DNA of 64,000 bases from an uncultured Candidatus Saccharibacteria bacterium (GTDB lineage Bacteria > Patescibacteriota > Minisyncoccia > Phycocordibacterales > PALSA-1337). Made by a program: the position numbers and the translations under genes. The DNA is taken from the NCBI GenBank assembly GCA_964596595.1, contig CAZQUI010000001.1:15817-79816 (forward strand). Reading direction: 5' to 3'. The number at the start of each line of letters is the position of its first letter. Within the stretch, counting starts at the first letter, position 1. Below, piece after piece: positions 20,673 to 30,318 of this stretch. The notes under the pieces were generated by a model. The model was not told the origin of the DNA, ran no database searches, and worked only from the letters and a program-made list of their open reading frames with translations.

Positions 20673-21095
20673 TTATTTACCGGTGCTACCGAAACCACTT
20701 TGACCTCTAGAAGTGTCTGAAAGTTCTTGTGACTCAATTATTTCAAAATTTTCAATTTTTTGGATAAGAATTTGAGCTACTTTATGTCCCGGTTCAAAGG
20801 TATATTCCTGATTACTCAGATTTATCACTCCAATTAAAATTTCACCTCTATAACCAGCATCAATTACCCCGCCCAAGGTTTTAATACCCTCTTTTATGGC
20901 AATGCCGCTTTTGTCCCAAATAAGCCCGACATAACCTAGTGGTATTTCTAAACAAATACCTGTAGCAATAGTCGTACGTTCCAATGGTTTGAGAGTTACC
21001 GTATTTAAAGCATAGAGGTCAATACCAGCATCCCCCACATGAGCACGAGATGGTAGTTTGGCAGAGAGATGAAGTTTTTTGATATTGATTTTCAA
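20673..21095 (-). CDS. dut: dUTP diphosphatase
   Basis: DAGIDL, KSG, GVIDAGYRGEI, RG..GFGSTG. Confidence 0.96.
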   Translation of the reverse strand: MKINIKKLHLSAKLPSRAHVGDAGIDLYALNTVTLKPLERTTIATGICLEIPLGYVGLIWDKSGIAIKEGIKTLGGVIDAGYRGEILIGVINLSNQEYTFEPGHKVAQILIQKIENFEIIESQELSDTSRGQSGFGSTGK

Positions 21096-21147
21096 GATAT
21101 GTAAATAATATCACGACAATAAATTTTAAAAATGATATATTTGTGCC

Positions 21148-22059
21148 ATGAAACCAATAAGCCAAAGAACGCCCGATAACCAATACCAAAGACTTTTACG
21201 AGACATTTTAGAAAAAGGAGAAAGATCAACCAGTCAACAAGGAGTAGACACCATTAGTTTAATTGCCCCACAACCTATGCGTTTTCGTTTTGATAATGGT
21301 TTTCCGATCATCAATGAACGAAATATGTCCCCCAAAGAATCTGATCGATTACCAGTCACCGTATGGCAACAGGCCATCGGAGAAATTTGCGCATTTGCAA
21401 ATGGTGTTCGTACACAAAAAGGCTTAGAAGAATTTGGCTGTCATTGGTGGAGTTCCTGGGTAACTGAAGAAAAATGCAAAAAACGCGGCCTGGAAACTGG
21501 TGATTTAGGGCCTGGTTCCTACGGTGCAGCATTTCATGATTTTCCTACAGCCGAAGGAGAAACCTACAATCAATTTAAAAATATAATTGAACAAATTATC
21601 GAATTTCCTCATCTGAAAACTCATTTTATCTCTCCTTGGATTCCTCAATACATTATTCGTGGAACAGGAAAACAACAAAAAGTAGTCGTCTGCCCTTGTC
21701 ATGGCTGGATACACCTTCGAGTTCTCGATAACAAATTAACTCTACACATGTTTCAACGATCAGGTGATGTTCCGGTAGGAGTCCCTTCAAACATGGTCCA
21801 GTACGGAGCTTTACTTATGATGATTGCCCAAGTAACTAACACTATCCCGTATGAATTTGTTCACAGTTTTTCTGATGCTCATATATTCGTAGATCAAATT
21901 CCTGCCGTAGAAACCATGCTTTCTCGAGAACCTAAAACTTTTGCAACCATGAAGATAGACACCTCAATTAAAAATTTTTTCGATTTCAGAAAAGAACATT
22001 TTACCCTCGAAGATTACAATCCTCACCCTGGCATCAAAGGTATCCCGGTAGCCATATAA
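21148..22059 (+). CDS. thyA: Thymidylate synthase (divergent ThyA)
   Basis: LGP.YG, CPCH, QRSGD..GVPSN, DAHIF. Confidence 0.9.
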   Translation: MKPISQRTPDNQYQRLLRDILEKGERSTSQQGVDTISLIAPQPMRFRFDNGFPIINERNMSPKESDRLPVTVWQQAIGEICAFANGVRTQKGLEEFGCHWWSSWVTEEKCKKRGLETGDLGPGSYGAAFHDFPTAEGETYNQFKNIIEQIIEFPHLKTHFISPWIPQYIIRGTGKQQKVVVCPCHGWIHLRVLDNKLTLHMFQRSGDVPVGVPSNMVQYGALLMMIAQVTNTIPYEFVHSFSDAHIFVDQIPAVETMLSREPKTFATMKIDTSIKNFFDFRKEHFTLEDYNPHPGIKGIPVAI

Positions 22060-22063
22060 CACC

Positions 22064-22564
22064 ATGACTGAAGACCCAAAAAACAGATTCATTAATATTT
22101 CAAGTATCCGCCGCGAAGATCAACGTGCGGTTATGGAAAAAATCAGAGAAGAAGGTCATTGCCCTTTTTGTCGTGAAAATTTAGCTAAATATCATAAAAA
22201 TCCTATTTTAAAAGAAGGTAAATTTTGGTTACTTACTGACAACCAGTGGCCGTATGAAAAAGTAAAACATCAGATGCTAGCAATTTACAAAACTCACGTT
22301 GAACATATTTCAGAAATAGATCCTGAGGCAGGAAAAGAGCTTGTTGAAATGTTTGCTCAAGCCGCCCGAGAAAGAAAAATATCCGGAGGAGGAATGGCAA
22401 TGCGTTTTGGCTCATCAGAACATGGTAATTATGGATCGAGTGTTTTACACATTCACGCCCATCTTATAGAACCTGATCTTGCGGCTCTTGATCAAGACGA
22501 AGCTTGGAAATTTAAATTCGGACAACCAAAAAATTACAAAAAGAAAACAGGACAGGAACAATAA
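22064..22564 (+). CDS. HIT family nucleotide hydrolase
   Basis: CPFC zinc site, N.WPY, HIHAH triad. Confidence 0.85.
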   Translation: MTEDPKNRFINISSIRREDQRAVMEKIREEGHCPFCRENLAKYHKNPILKEGKFWLLTDNQWPYEKVKHQMLAIYKTHVEHISEIDPEAGKELVEMFAQAARERKISGGGMAMRFGSSEHGNYGSSVLHIHAHLIEPDLAALDQDEAWKFKFGQPKNYKKKTGQEQ

Positions 22565-22572
22565 ATAAAAAA

Positions 22573-23445
22573 TTATTTATTGTTATTTACAAATATAATC
22601 TCTACACCCTGACTTCTTAAAATACTTTCCCCGTCCAAAACTTTATACCCTACTCTATAAAATAACCTTTTTATACCAGCGTAGGCGAGCTGTTTTGCAC
22701 ACGGTGGACACGGAAAAGCTTCAGAATAAACATCGACACCTTTTAGAGAAATTCCTTCTTTAGCGGCTTGAGCCACCAGACCCGCTTCTGCATGTAATGC
22801 CAGAGATGATTCAAGATGAACTCCGCTTTTAAAATTGCTCCGGGGATCCCCTTGATCATAAGCAATTTGATCAGAAGGAACATACCGATTATGTGTTTTA
22901 ATTATCACTTTTCCATCTTTTACCGCAATAGCCCCTAACCTTCGCCACCAATCTTTTGCCGTAAGACCTTCCTCTTCAACCAGAGTCATCATTTTTTTAT
23001 CAAAATCACGTTCACTTATTGTAACATCTGCTGAAACGGGCAATGATTCTATAGAAGTCTTTTTATCCCAACGAAGGAAAATAGTATCCATTTCAATAGA
23101 TCTGGTAATGTCTTTAAAATGCGTCTCTATAAGTGCTGTCGTTAGATCATCATTGGATACAATAAACGTGTCATTACTTTTTTTAAGTTCTTCAATTTTT
23201 TTAAGATCTAAAATTTCTACCCTTTTAAATATTCCCCATGACTCAATGGCTTTGCAAACCAAATCAGGCGAAAGCTTTCTGATATCTTTTATTAAATGTT
23301 CATATGTAGCACAAACCTCTTCTCCAAAAATATATAAACCCTTTACATCTTTATGTTTTTCAAAAAAAGTCCGATATCCTTCATGTAAAACTGGCACGTA
23401 TGCAATAATTATTTTATCGACATTTTCTTGTCGGTTTTTTTTCAT
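22573..23445 (-). CDS. dCMP deaminase-like protein with N-terminal nucleotidyltransferase-like domain
   Basis: C-terminal HAE and PCPPCAK; N-terminal PVLHEGY (HxGH-like); start at MKKNRQ. Confidence 0.8.
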   Translation of the reverse strand: MKKNRQENVDKIIIAYVPVLHEGYRTFFEKHKDVKGLYIFGEEVCATYEHLIKDIRKLSPDLVCKAIESWGIFKRVEILDLKKIEELKKSNDTFIVSNDDLTTALIETHFKDITRSIEMDTIFLRWDKKTSIESLPVSADVTISERDFDKKMMTLVEEEGLTAKDWWRRLGAIAVKDGKVIIKTHNRYVPSDQIAYDQGDPRSNFKSGVHLESSLALHAEAGLVAQAAKEGISLKGVDVYSEAFPCPPCAKQLAYAGIKRLFYRVGYKVLDGESILRSQGVEIIFVNNNK

Positions 23446-23446
23446 G

Positions 23447-24073
23447 CTATTTTTTCTTTGAGCCCGAATGTCCAACCAAAGCATCATTAATCATATCTGC
23501 AAATTTAGGAATAATGGCTTTTTCAAAACGTTTAGCTAATTTGAGTTGCATGAGACGAATCTTGGCACTCGTAGAAGTAGTGGCCCGAGGTTGTAAAATC
23601 TTTACCTTACCACACAGCTTACTCATTTCTGCCATCTTAGCCTTACCATATTTTTTTACAGTTTCTTCGGTAACAATAAGAACATCAGGATTCACCATTT
23701 TTATGAGTGCCCATTGTGGCATATCGACATCTTTAATGGTGACAATATCTACTGGTCGTAAGTGTGTAACCATCTCCAATCTTTCCTTTTCTGGAACAAG
23801 TGGTCGATCGGGACCTTTACGAGCACGGACTTTTTTATCACTATCAACTCCTACCACCAAGAGATCACCGTGCTTTTTTGCCTCTTCAAAATAACGAGCA
23901 TGACCAATATGAACCATATCGTATGTACCCTGAGTAAGAACTATTTTAAGACCAATACCTTTACAGTGATCAACCACTTCTTTGAGACGCTTATAATCAG
24001 GTATAAAACGATCTTCAAAATTGGAACCATGACCGAATATTCCTCCATTAGTAAAAAAGCTTTTATTTGTCAT
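23447..24073 (-). CDS. Cytidylyltransferase/adenylyltransferase family protein (RfaE-C/TagD-like)
   Basis: GTYDMVHIGHARY, LVVGVDSD, KG..RP, ER, STS. Confidence 0.88.
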   Translation of the reverse strand: MTNKSFFTNGGIFGHGSNFEDRFIPDYKRLKEVVDHCKGIGLKIVLTQGTYDMVHIGHARYFEEAKKHGDLLVVGVDSDKKVRARKGPDRPLVPEKERLEMVTHLRPVDIVTIKDVDMPQWALIKMVNPDVLIVTEETVKKYGKAKMAEMSKLCGKVKILQPRATTSTSAKIRLMQLKLAKRFEKAIIPKFADMINDALVGHSGSKKK

Positions 24074-24131
24074 ATTGGTTATTGTTGTGCACTTTAACTT
24101 ATCATATTGTTGCACATGCTACAATAATCCC

Positions 24132-24623
24132 ATGAAAACTTTCATCATTGCTGCTTTATCAGCCGATGGATTCATTGCTAAAGATGAAAATCATTCAGCT
24201 TTATGGACCAGCAAAGAAGATAAACGCCGTTTTGTCGAATTGACCAAGAGAGCTGGGGTCGTTGTGATGGGTGCCAAAACTTTCAAAACCTTGCCACGCC
24301 CACTCAAAGAACGAGTAAACATCGTCTATTCACGATCACAAAATTTTGAAGGTGCAGAAATTACCCAGAAAAGTCCGCATGATTTATTGGCCGAATTAGA
24401 AAGTCGTGGATTCAAAGAAGTAGCAATCTGTGGAGGTTCACAAATATATAACATGTTCATGAAAGCTAAATTGGTAGATCGTATATACCTAACTATTGAA
24501 CCTTTGGTGTTCGGTAAAGGCATTAATTTATTCAGCGAAGACATGTTAGCTCAGCTCAAACTAGAGACTTGTGGACAGACGGAGAATGGAGCGATTCTCC
24601 TCGAATACAGTGTTCAAAAATAA
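24132..24623 (+). CDS. folA: Dihydrofolate reductase
   Basis: IAA...DGFI, ED..F, VVMG.KT, PL..R.N, ICGGSQIY. Confidence 0.9.
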   Translation: MKTFIIAALSADGFIAKDENHSALWTSKEDKRRFVELTKRAGVVVMGAKTFKTLPRPLKERVNIVYSRSQNFEGAEITQKSPHDLLAELESRGFKEVAICGGSQIYNMFMKAKLVDRIYLTIEPLVFGKGINLFSEDMLAQLKLETCGQTENGAILLEYSVQK

Positions 24624-24650
24624 AAAGCGGTTTTAGCCGCTTTTTATTTT
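24617..24650. terminator. Bidirectional terminator between folA and rplK
   Basis: AAAATAAAAAGCGG TTTTAG CCGCTTTTTATTTT. Confidence 0.75.
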
Positions 24651-24672
24651 AAGAATCAAAAAGTGAGTTTCT

Positions 24673-25095
24673 TTACTTTATCTCAACACCCATCTGTCTT
24701 GCAGTACCAGCGACAATCTTCATAGCTCCTTCAATACTATTTGCATTGAGATCTGGCATCTTCTTTTCTGCGATTTCTTTGACTTGCGCTTTGGTCAGTG
24801 TACCAACCTTTACAAGATTTGGCTTACCAGAACCCTTCTCTTTCTTGAGAGCCTTAAGGATAAGACTAGAAGTTGGTGGGGTCTTGAGGACAAAATCATA
24901 AGATCGATCTTCATAGACACTAATGACCACTGGGATCATATCCCCAATCATATTCTTGGTCGCATCGTTGAACTTCTTGGTGAAGTCACCGATATTAACG
25001 CCGGCCTGACCCAAAGTTGGACCAAGTGGTGGAGCTGGAGTAGCCTTACCTGCTGGAGCAATTACTTTTACTTTTTTTACGATTTTTTTAGCCAT
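24673..25095 (-). CDS. rplK: 50S ribosomal protein L11
   Basis: [25 protein letters not shown]. Confidence 0.98.
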   Translation of the reverse strand: MAKKIVKKVKVIAPAGKATPAPPLGPTLGQAGVNIGDFTKKFNDATKNMIGDMIPVVISVYEDRSYDFVLKTPPTSSLILKALKKEKGSGKPNLVKVGTLTKAQVKEIAEKKMPDLNANSIEGAMKIVAGTARQMGVEIK

Positions 25096-25118
25096 GATAT
25101 TGTTACGGGGATATTACA

Positions 25119-25664
25119 TTAAACTTTCTTTACCTGCAAGAAATCCAATTCGACTGGAGTTTCGCGACCGAACATAGATACCAAAACTTTTACCTTACCA
25201 CGCTGTGTATCTATTTCACTAACTTTACCTTCAAAATCTTTAAATGGACCGTCGCTGATCTTTACTAGGTCTCCCATAGAAAGATCAATTGCATGTTCAG
25301 CGTTACCATTTGACATGCGAGAGAACAATGACTCTAAATCTTTTGGATCAATAGGAACCGGTGAAACCCCTGCCCCTACGAAACCTGTAACTCGAGGAGT
25401 ATTGCGTACTACGTACCAAGAATCATCTGTTACAACCATTTCTACAAGTACATAACCAGGATAAATCTTTTCTTCCTCTTCAACACGCTTTCCTGCTTTG
25501 ATTTTAATCTTTTTTTCAGTTGGAACTATGACATTAAAAATTCGATCTTCCATACCAAGAGATTCTATACGCTGTTTAAGATTGCGCGCTACAGCGTTTT
25601 CATATCCAGCATAGGTATGTATAGCATACCAATTTCTTTCTCCTGTTGAATGCTGTTTAGACAT
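25119..25664 (-). CDS. nusG: Transcription termination/antitermination factor NusG
   Basis: WY..HTY.G.E, PGYVLV, VRNTPRVTGFVG, KOW, FGRETPVEL. Confidence 0.98.
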   Translation of the reverse strand: MSKQHSTGERNWYAIHTYAGYENAVARNLKQRIESLGMEDRIFNVIVPTEKKIKIKAGKRVEEEEKIYPGYVLVEMVVTDDSWYVVRNTPRVTGFVGAGVSPVPIDPKDLESLFSRMSNGNAEHAIDLSMGDLVKISDGPFKDFEGKVSEIDTQRGKVKVLVSMFGRETPVELDFLQVKKV

Positions 25665-25694
25665 AATAATAAAATAAATTAAATAGACAAAAAA

Positions 25695-25871
25695 TTAGAA
25701 TAAAAGAGTTAGAAGTTTAGAAAATACAAAATCAGATACACCAAGAAGTACAGCTGTAAGCACTGACACAGCTATAACCATTAGAGTAAAACTAATGGTC
25801 TGATTGCGACTAGGCCATACAACATGACTCATTTCTACCTTAGTTTGTTTGATATATTCAGCAAATTTCAT
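25695..25871 (-). CDS. secE: Preprotein translocase subunit SecE
   Basis: Manual translation MKFAEYIKQTKVEMSHVVWPSRNQTISFTLMVIAV...; EM..V.WP motif, upstream of nusG; below the ORF-track cutoff. Confidence 0.93.
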   Translation of the reverse strand: MKFAEYIKQTKVEMSHVVWPSRNQTISFTLMVIAVSVLTAVLLGVSDFVFSKLLTLLF

Positions 25872-25958
25872 GTGTTCTTTTATTAAAAAACCCCTTGAGG
25901 GGATTTACATTTACATATTAACGTATCTTAGGAGAAAGTCAATGCTATAAACAAAAAC

Positions 25959-25997
25959 AAAATACCCCCTGACGATAAAATCATCAGGGGGTATTTT
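25959..25997. terminator. Terminator-like hairpin after SIMPL gene
   Basis: AAAATACCCCCTGA.../...TCAGGGGGTATTTT. Confidence 0.7.
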
Positions 25998-26048
25998 AAG
26001 AATTAACTACTCAAAATTTATAGATATAAAAATTTGAGTATACATTAA

Positions 26049-26840
26049 CTAACGAATCTCGTAAGTTATGGAGACTCTAGCCTCTATCTTTTGTTCACCA
26101 ACAGGAATTTGTGGTGCTGCTGGAGCGATAGCTTCACTCTTTACAGCCGACATGGCCATATCACCACCACGACCATAATAATAGTAATCATCAGTCATAT
26201 CGTAATAACCAGTGATACGAACCAATTTTACGCCAAGTTGTTTTGCAAGTTCATTTGCTTTATTTTGAGCATCAGCAATAGCCTTTGTGCGAGCTTTTGC
26301 TTTGACTTTTTCAATTTCATCAACTGAGAACTGGATACTATTTACATTATCAACATCCAAGGAACCAATTGTTGTGAATAGTGAACCTACTTTTTTTGTA
26401 TCACGAACTTTTACCTCTACGTTTTGACTAACATCATAACCAGTAAGAACATTTTTTCCTGGCATACAACGAAGGGCTGTACATATACCCTGTTCGTATT
26501 CGTAATGAGGATTAATGCTATAAGAAGTTGTCTTGATATCTTTTTCTTCGACACCTGCTTCTTTTATAGCAGCCAAAGCAGCGTTAAATTTTTTTGTTGC
26601 TTTTTCTTGGGCCACAGAAACATCTTTATTAGTTTCGGTGATACCAAAAGTAAATGTTGCCACATCCGGAATAGCAACTTCTTCGCCTTTACCGTTAACA
26701 GAAATACTGTTCATGATTGGTGTATCTTTACCAACATAAGCAATAGACTTTAATTGCTTTATGGATATAACGGCAAGAAATACAGCGAGGAGAACTCCGA
26801 CCCACACTCCTATTTTCCAAAGTTTTTCTTTATTATTCAT
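26049..26840 (-). CDS. SIMPL (DUF541) domain protein
   Basis: ISVNGKGE...PD, DI.T..YSI.P.Y, A..DA..KA..LA. Confidence 0.9.
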   Translation of the reverse strand: MNNKEKLWKIGVWVGVLLAVFLAVISIKQLKSIAYVGKDTPIMNSISVNGKGEEVAIPDVATFTFGITETNKDVSVAQEKATKKFNAALAAIKEAGVEEKDIKTTSYSINPHYEYEQGICTALRCMPGKNVLTGYDVSQNVEVKVRDTKKVGSLFTTIGSLDVDNVNSIQFSVDEIEKVKAKARTKAIADAQNKANELAKQLGVKLVRITGYYDMTDDYYYYGRGGDMAMSAVKSEAIAPAAPQIPVGEQKIEARVSITYEIR

Positions 26841-26877
26841 AATTTTTTTAAACTAATTTATATTTATAATAAATATA

Positions 26878-27684
26878 TTATACCTCACAAAGATCTAATA
26901 TATTCTCAAACAATGCTGTAACTGTCATTGGTCCTACTCCACCTGGAACTGGAGTAATAGCGCTAACTATATCTTTTACAGCATTAAAATCAACATCCCC
27001 AATAAAACTTTTATCTAAAGTTGAATTTATACCAACATCTACAACAACCTGCCCCTCTCTAATATGTTTTTCTCCAATGAGATTAGCAGAGCCTGCTGCC
27101 ACAATTACAATATCTGCCTCTTTGACTTCTTTTACCAAATCTACTGTGCCACGATGACAAATAGTCACAATTGCACCTTCTTTTTGAAACATATTTGCCA
27201 CCGGTTTGCCAACCAAAATAGAACGCCCGATAACACACACTTTCTTTTTATTAAAATCAATATTGTAATATTTTAACAACTCCTTAATACCCCGAGCAGT
27301 AGCCGGCATAACTTTTGTATTTTTAGTCAGACCATCAGCATCTTTTTTGGGGTCTATAGCTTCAATAACAACATCCCGATTTATATTGATAGGCAAAGGA
27401 AGTTGAACAATAATAGCATTTATAAGATTATCATTATTACACTCTTTTATCTTAGAAATTAGATCTTTTTCTGAAATTAATTTTGGTAATTGAATATGTT
27501 TTACAGAAATTCCAATTTTTTTAGCAAATAATTTTTTTGCACCAATATAAGAATTTGAATCCAACCTTTCACCAACCTGAATAATTGCTAAAGTTGGTGT
27601 GTATGAAAGTTGCTTCACTCTATCTATCAAATCAGGGATGATAGAATCACGGACAATTTTTCCAGAAAGAATAGTGGCTGACAT
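26878..27684 (-). CDS. folD: Methylenetetrahydrofolate dehydrogenase/cyclohydrolase
   Basis: IIVQLPLP, KDADG, GRSILVGKP, DVGIN, TPVPGGVGPMT. Confidence 0.95.
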   Translation of the reverse strand: MSATILSGKIVRDSIIPDLIDRVKQLSYTPTLAIIQVGERLDSNSYIGAKKLFAKKIGISVKHIQLPKLISEKDLISKIKECNNDNLINAIIVQLPLPININRDVVIEAIDPKKDADGLTKNTKVMPATARGIKELLKYYNIDFNKKKVCVIGRSILVGKPVANMFQKEGAIVTICHRGTVDLVKEVKEADIVIVAAGSANLIGEKHIREGQVVVDVGINSTLDKSFIGDVDFNAVKDIVSAITPVPGGVGPMTVTALFENILDLCEV

Positions 27685-27733
27685 AGCAAATAGGAGCATA
27701 ACATAAATACGGAGGTCGGACCTCCCTCACCTC

Positions 27734-28642
27734 TCACTTTGACCATCGAGCAAATATGCCACAAGGTAACAATCTACCATTTTTTGAACTTTCTTTTATT
27801 GTCAATTCTCCGACTTCAATTTCTCCACCCATTTTTTCCTTTAGAGAAAGAAGGTTATTTTCATAAGCAATCGCAGAGTAACCAGCCGAATATCCATTGA
27901 TCAAAAAGAACAAAGGATCTGGTTTTAAAAGTTTTTTACAATTTTCCATAAGAGCCAAAAAATGTTCTTCAATTTTCCAAATTTCACTATCTGGTCCGTG
28001 ACCAAAAGCGGGAGGATCCATGATAATAGCATCGTATGTCTTACCGCGACGGATTTCGCGTTCAACAAAAACACGAGCATCTTCGATGATCCAACGAACT
28101 GGTTTATCGGCTAAACCAGATGATTCAGCATTTTCTCTTGCCCAAGTAATTGCAGCTTTTGAACTGTCGATATGAACAACTTTTGCCCCTGCCTTTGCGG
28201 CTGTAAGTGTTGCTCCCCCTGTATATCCAAAAAGATTTAATACCTCTACCTCATCTTGAGTTTTTTTATCTTTGATTTTTAATATCTGATCTTTAATCTT
28301 GCTCTCTATCCATTTCCAATTCGCTAATTGCTCTGGAAATATTCCAGTATGCTTAAAAGCTGTAGGCTTTATCCATAATTTCAAACCACCAAAATTTATG
28401 CTCCATTTTTCAAGATTTTTACCATCTTTATATGTCCATTCTGCACCACTACTATCACGAGTAAAATAAGCTTCTGCTTTTTTCCACTCAATAACCGGAA
28501 GTTTTTTTGACCATAAGGCTTGAGGATCTGGACGAGAAAGAATGTGATTACCAAATCGTTCCAACTTTTCCCCTTCCCCAGAATCAAGTAACTCATAATC
28601 CAAAGAATCTGGAACTACCAATATTTTAGAAAATTTATCCAT
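27734..28642 (-). CDS. Class I SAM-dependent (RlmI/RlmK-like) methyltransferase
   Basis: YELLDSG..KLERFG, HTGIFPEQ, LNLFGYTG, MDPPAFG. Confidence 0.88.
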   Translation of the reverse strand: MDKFSKILVVPDSLDYELLDSGEGEKLERFGNHILSRPDPQALWSKKLPVIEWKKAEAYFTRDSSGAEWTYKDGKNLEKWSINFGGLKLWIKPTAFKHTGIFPEQLANWKWIESKIKDQILKIKDKKTQDEVEVLNLFGYTGGATLTAAKAGAKVVHIDSSKAAITWARENAESSGLADKPVRWIIEDARVFVEREIRRGKTYDAIIMDPPAFGHGPDSEIWKIEEHFLALMENCKKLLKPDPLFFLINGYSAGYSAIAYENNLLSLKEKMGGEIEVGELTIKESSKNGRLLPCGIFARWSK

Positions 28643-28652
28643 AAAGATTTAT

Positions 28653-29129
28653 TTACACTACATCTTGCTGATTTATACGATATTTGGCAAACACATAAAT
28701 AGTCAGGGCAAACAAAGCAGTAGAAGTAGCAGCTGAACCTAGACAATAGAAACAGAAGGCTTTAATTACAATGGCTTGTAAATAAAACAGGTACAAAGAC
28801 ATAAGGAATCCAATAATAGTCAGAGCCAGAGTTGTCCTAATATATAATTCTTTTTTACTTTCAAAATAAATCAGAGATCCAACCAAGATAATTAAATAGT
28901 AAAAAGCTCCGCCAAGAGCAAGCGGTATCCCCCAAATAATCGAGTATTCACTAGTCAAAACTTGTTCGCAACCACCTACAGTACAAGGCGGTATAACTCC
29001 AGAATAATGCTCAATAGTTAAGTAAGTAGCATCAGCAAAACCAATTAGAGCCAAAAGTACAATAGCGATAATTAATTTATTTGGTAACGGAAGTAATGGC
29101 GTCTTCAATAATTTTTTTAAATTCTGCAT
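28653..29129 (-). CDS. Vitamin K epoxide reductase (VKOR) family protein
   Basis: C....C..V..S.YS, C.YC, 4 TM; next to DsbA. Confidence 0.9.
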   Translation of the reverse strand: MQNLKKLLKTPLLPLPNKLIIAIVLLALIGFADATYLTIEHYSGVIPPCTVGGCEQVLTSEYSIIWGIPLALGGAFYYLIILVGSLIYFESKKELYIRTTLALTIIGFLMSLYLFYLQAIVIKAFCFYCLGSAATSTALFALTIYVFAKYRINQQDVV

Positions 29130-29736
29130 AACTTGTAGGATTAGCAATTGCTTTTCCGTTTAAAAAGAATGTTGGGGTTCCTTTGATGCCAACTTTTAGA
29201 CCATCAGCTCGATCGCCTTCGATCTTATTTTTAATTGACTCATCGATAAAATCTGCCTCGTATTTTGAAATATCTAATTTCAAACGTTCCGCATAACCTT
29301 TGAAAATAGATTTTGCTTGAGCATCAGCAAGGGTCTCCCAAGACTTTTGATTATCATAAAGCAGCCCAGCCATATCCCAGTACTTTCCTTGTTTACCAGC
29401 AGCCTCAGCAGCCTGAGCAGCTATAATAGCATTGCGATGTTGAGGTAAAGGAAAATGTCTAGCAACAAATCGTAGAGTCGTAGAAGCATCTGAAATCAAA
29501 CGTTCGACTACCGGATAATAAGATGCACAAGCCGGACACTGATAATCTGCATATTCTATAAGAGTAATTGAAGCATTTTCCGGACCGCGCACGTTGTCTG
29601 TCGAAGTAATGTCCGCGGGTACACCACGAGCCAACGAACTGCCCGGTTCACGATAAGAAGCAACGATAAGGCCCCAAATAATAAGACTAATGATAACGAT
29701 AAAAACTAACCAAAAAATTATACGTTTGATATTCAT
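29077..29736 (-). CDS. DsbA-family thioredoxin-fold protein
   Basis: EYADYQCPAC, RHFPL, GTPTFF. Confidence 0.92.
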   Translation of the reverse strand: MNIKRIIFWLVFIVIISLIIWGLIVASYREPGSSLARGVPADITSTDNVRGPENASITLIEYADYQCPACASYYPVVERLISDASTTLRFVARHFPLPQHRNAIIAAQAAEAAGKQGKYWDMAGLLYDNQKSWETLADAQAKSIFKGYAERLKLDISKYEADFIDESIKNKIEGDRADGLKVGIKGTPTFFLNGKAIANPTSYAEFKKIIEDAITSVTK

Positions 29737-29748
29737 ATGAATTTGATT

Positions 29749-30303
29749 CTATAGTAATCCTGCTGCCCAGACAAGTCCATATATACCGAGCATATTCATC
29801 ACAAAAGAAATAGGCATGAGTATCGCAACTCTAATTTTTGATAAACCCAAAAGAGCCAATCCAAACTCATCAGGTAAAGGTGAGGCAATTATAAATGCTC
29901 CGATGATTGGAGACAGCCATCTCATAAAACCTAAATGAAAAGATGCCAAAATACGACGCACGCTAGATGGACGAAGAGTACCAATAAGATGATCGGCAAA
30001 ATGATCCCGAATAAAAAAGAATAATAGCAAATCACCACACATTGCACCTAAAGCACCCCAAATTGCAACCTCTGGTATTGGTGCATTTTTAGCAATATTA
30101 GCCAAAGCAATAGAAGCTGGGCCAAGAGTAAAAATAGAGGTAAAGAAAATTCCCGCAGCAAAACTAGCAACTGCAGTATTGCCTATTGAATCTATAATTG
30201 TATCCAGTACACCTGAAGTACTCAGAAACAACATAAATGCAAAACCAACAATAATCAATAAAAAATCTTTTATTAACTCTTGGCGAGCTCGAGAACGTCT
30301 CAT
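29749..30303 (-). CDS. Hypothetical membrane protein
   Basis: Multi-TM ORF with SPLPDE motif. Confidence 0.7.
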   Translation of the reverse strand: MRRSRARQELIKDFLLIIVGFAFMLFLSTSGVLDTIIDSIGNTAVASFAAGIFFTSIFTLGPASIALANIAKNAPIPEVAIWGALGAMCGDLLLFFFIRDHFADHLIGTLRPSSVRRILASFHLGFMRWLSPIIGAFIIASPLPDEFGLALLGLSKIRVAILMPISFVMNMLGIYGLVWAAGLL

Positions 30304-30318
30304 GACATTTATTATAAC

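Noticed and set aside
21148-22059. ThyA as a dCMP hydroxymethylase for DNA hypermodification
   Set aside because: The specificity residue equivalent to E. coli Asn177 is Asn (GVPSN), consistent with dUMP, and DHFR is adjacent
27711-27725. Short palindrome GGAGGTCGGACCTCC (similar AGGTTGTACCT at about 17223-17233)
   Set aside because: Too short and too few copies to separate from chance or weak terminators
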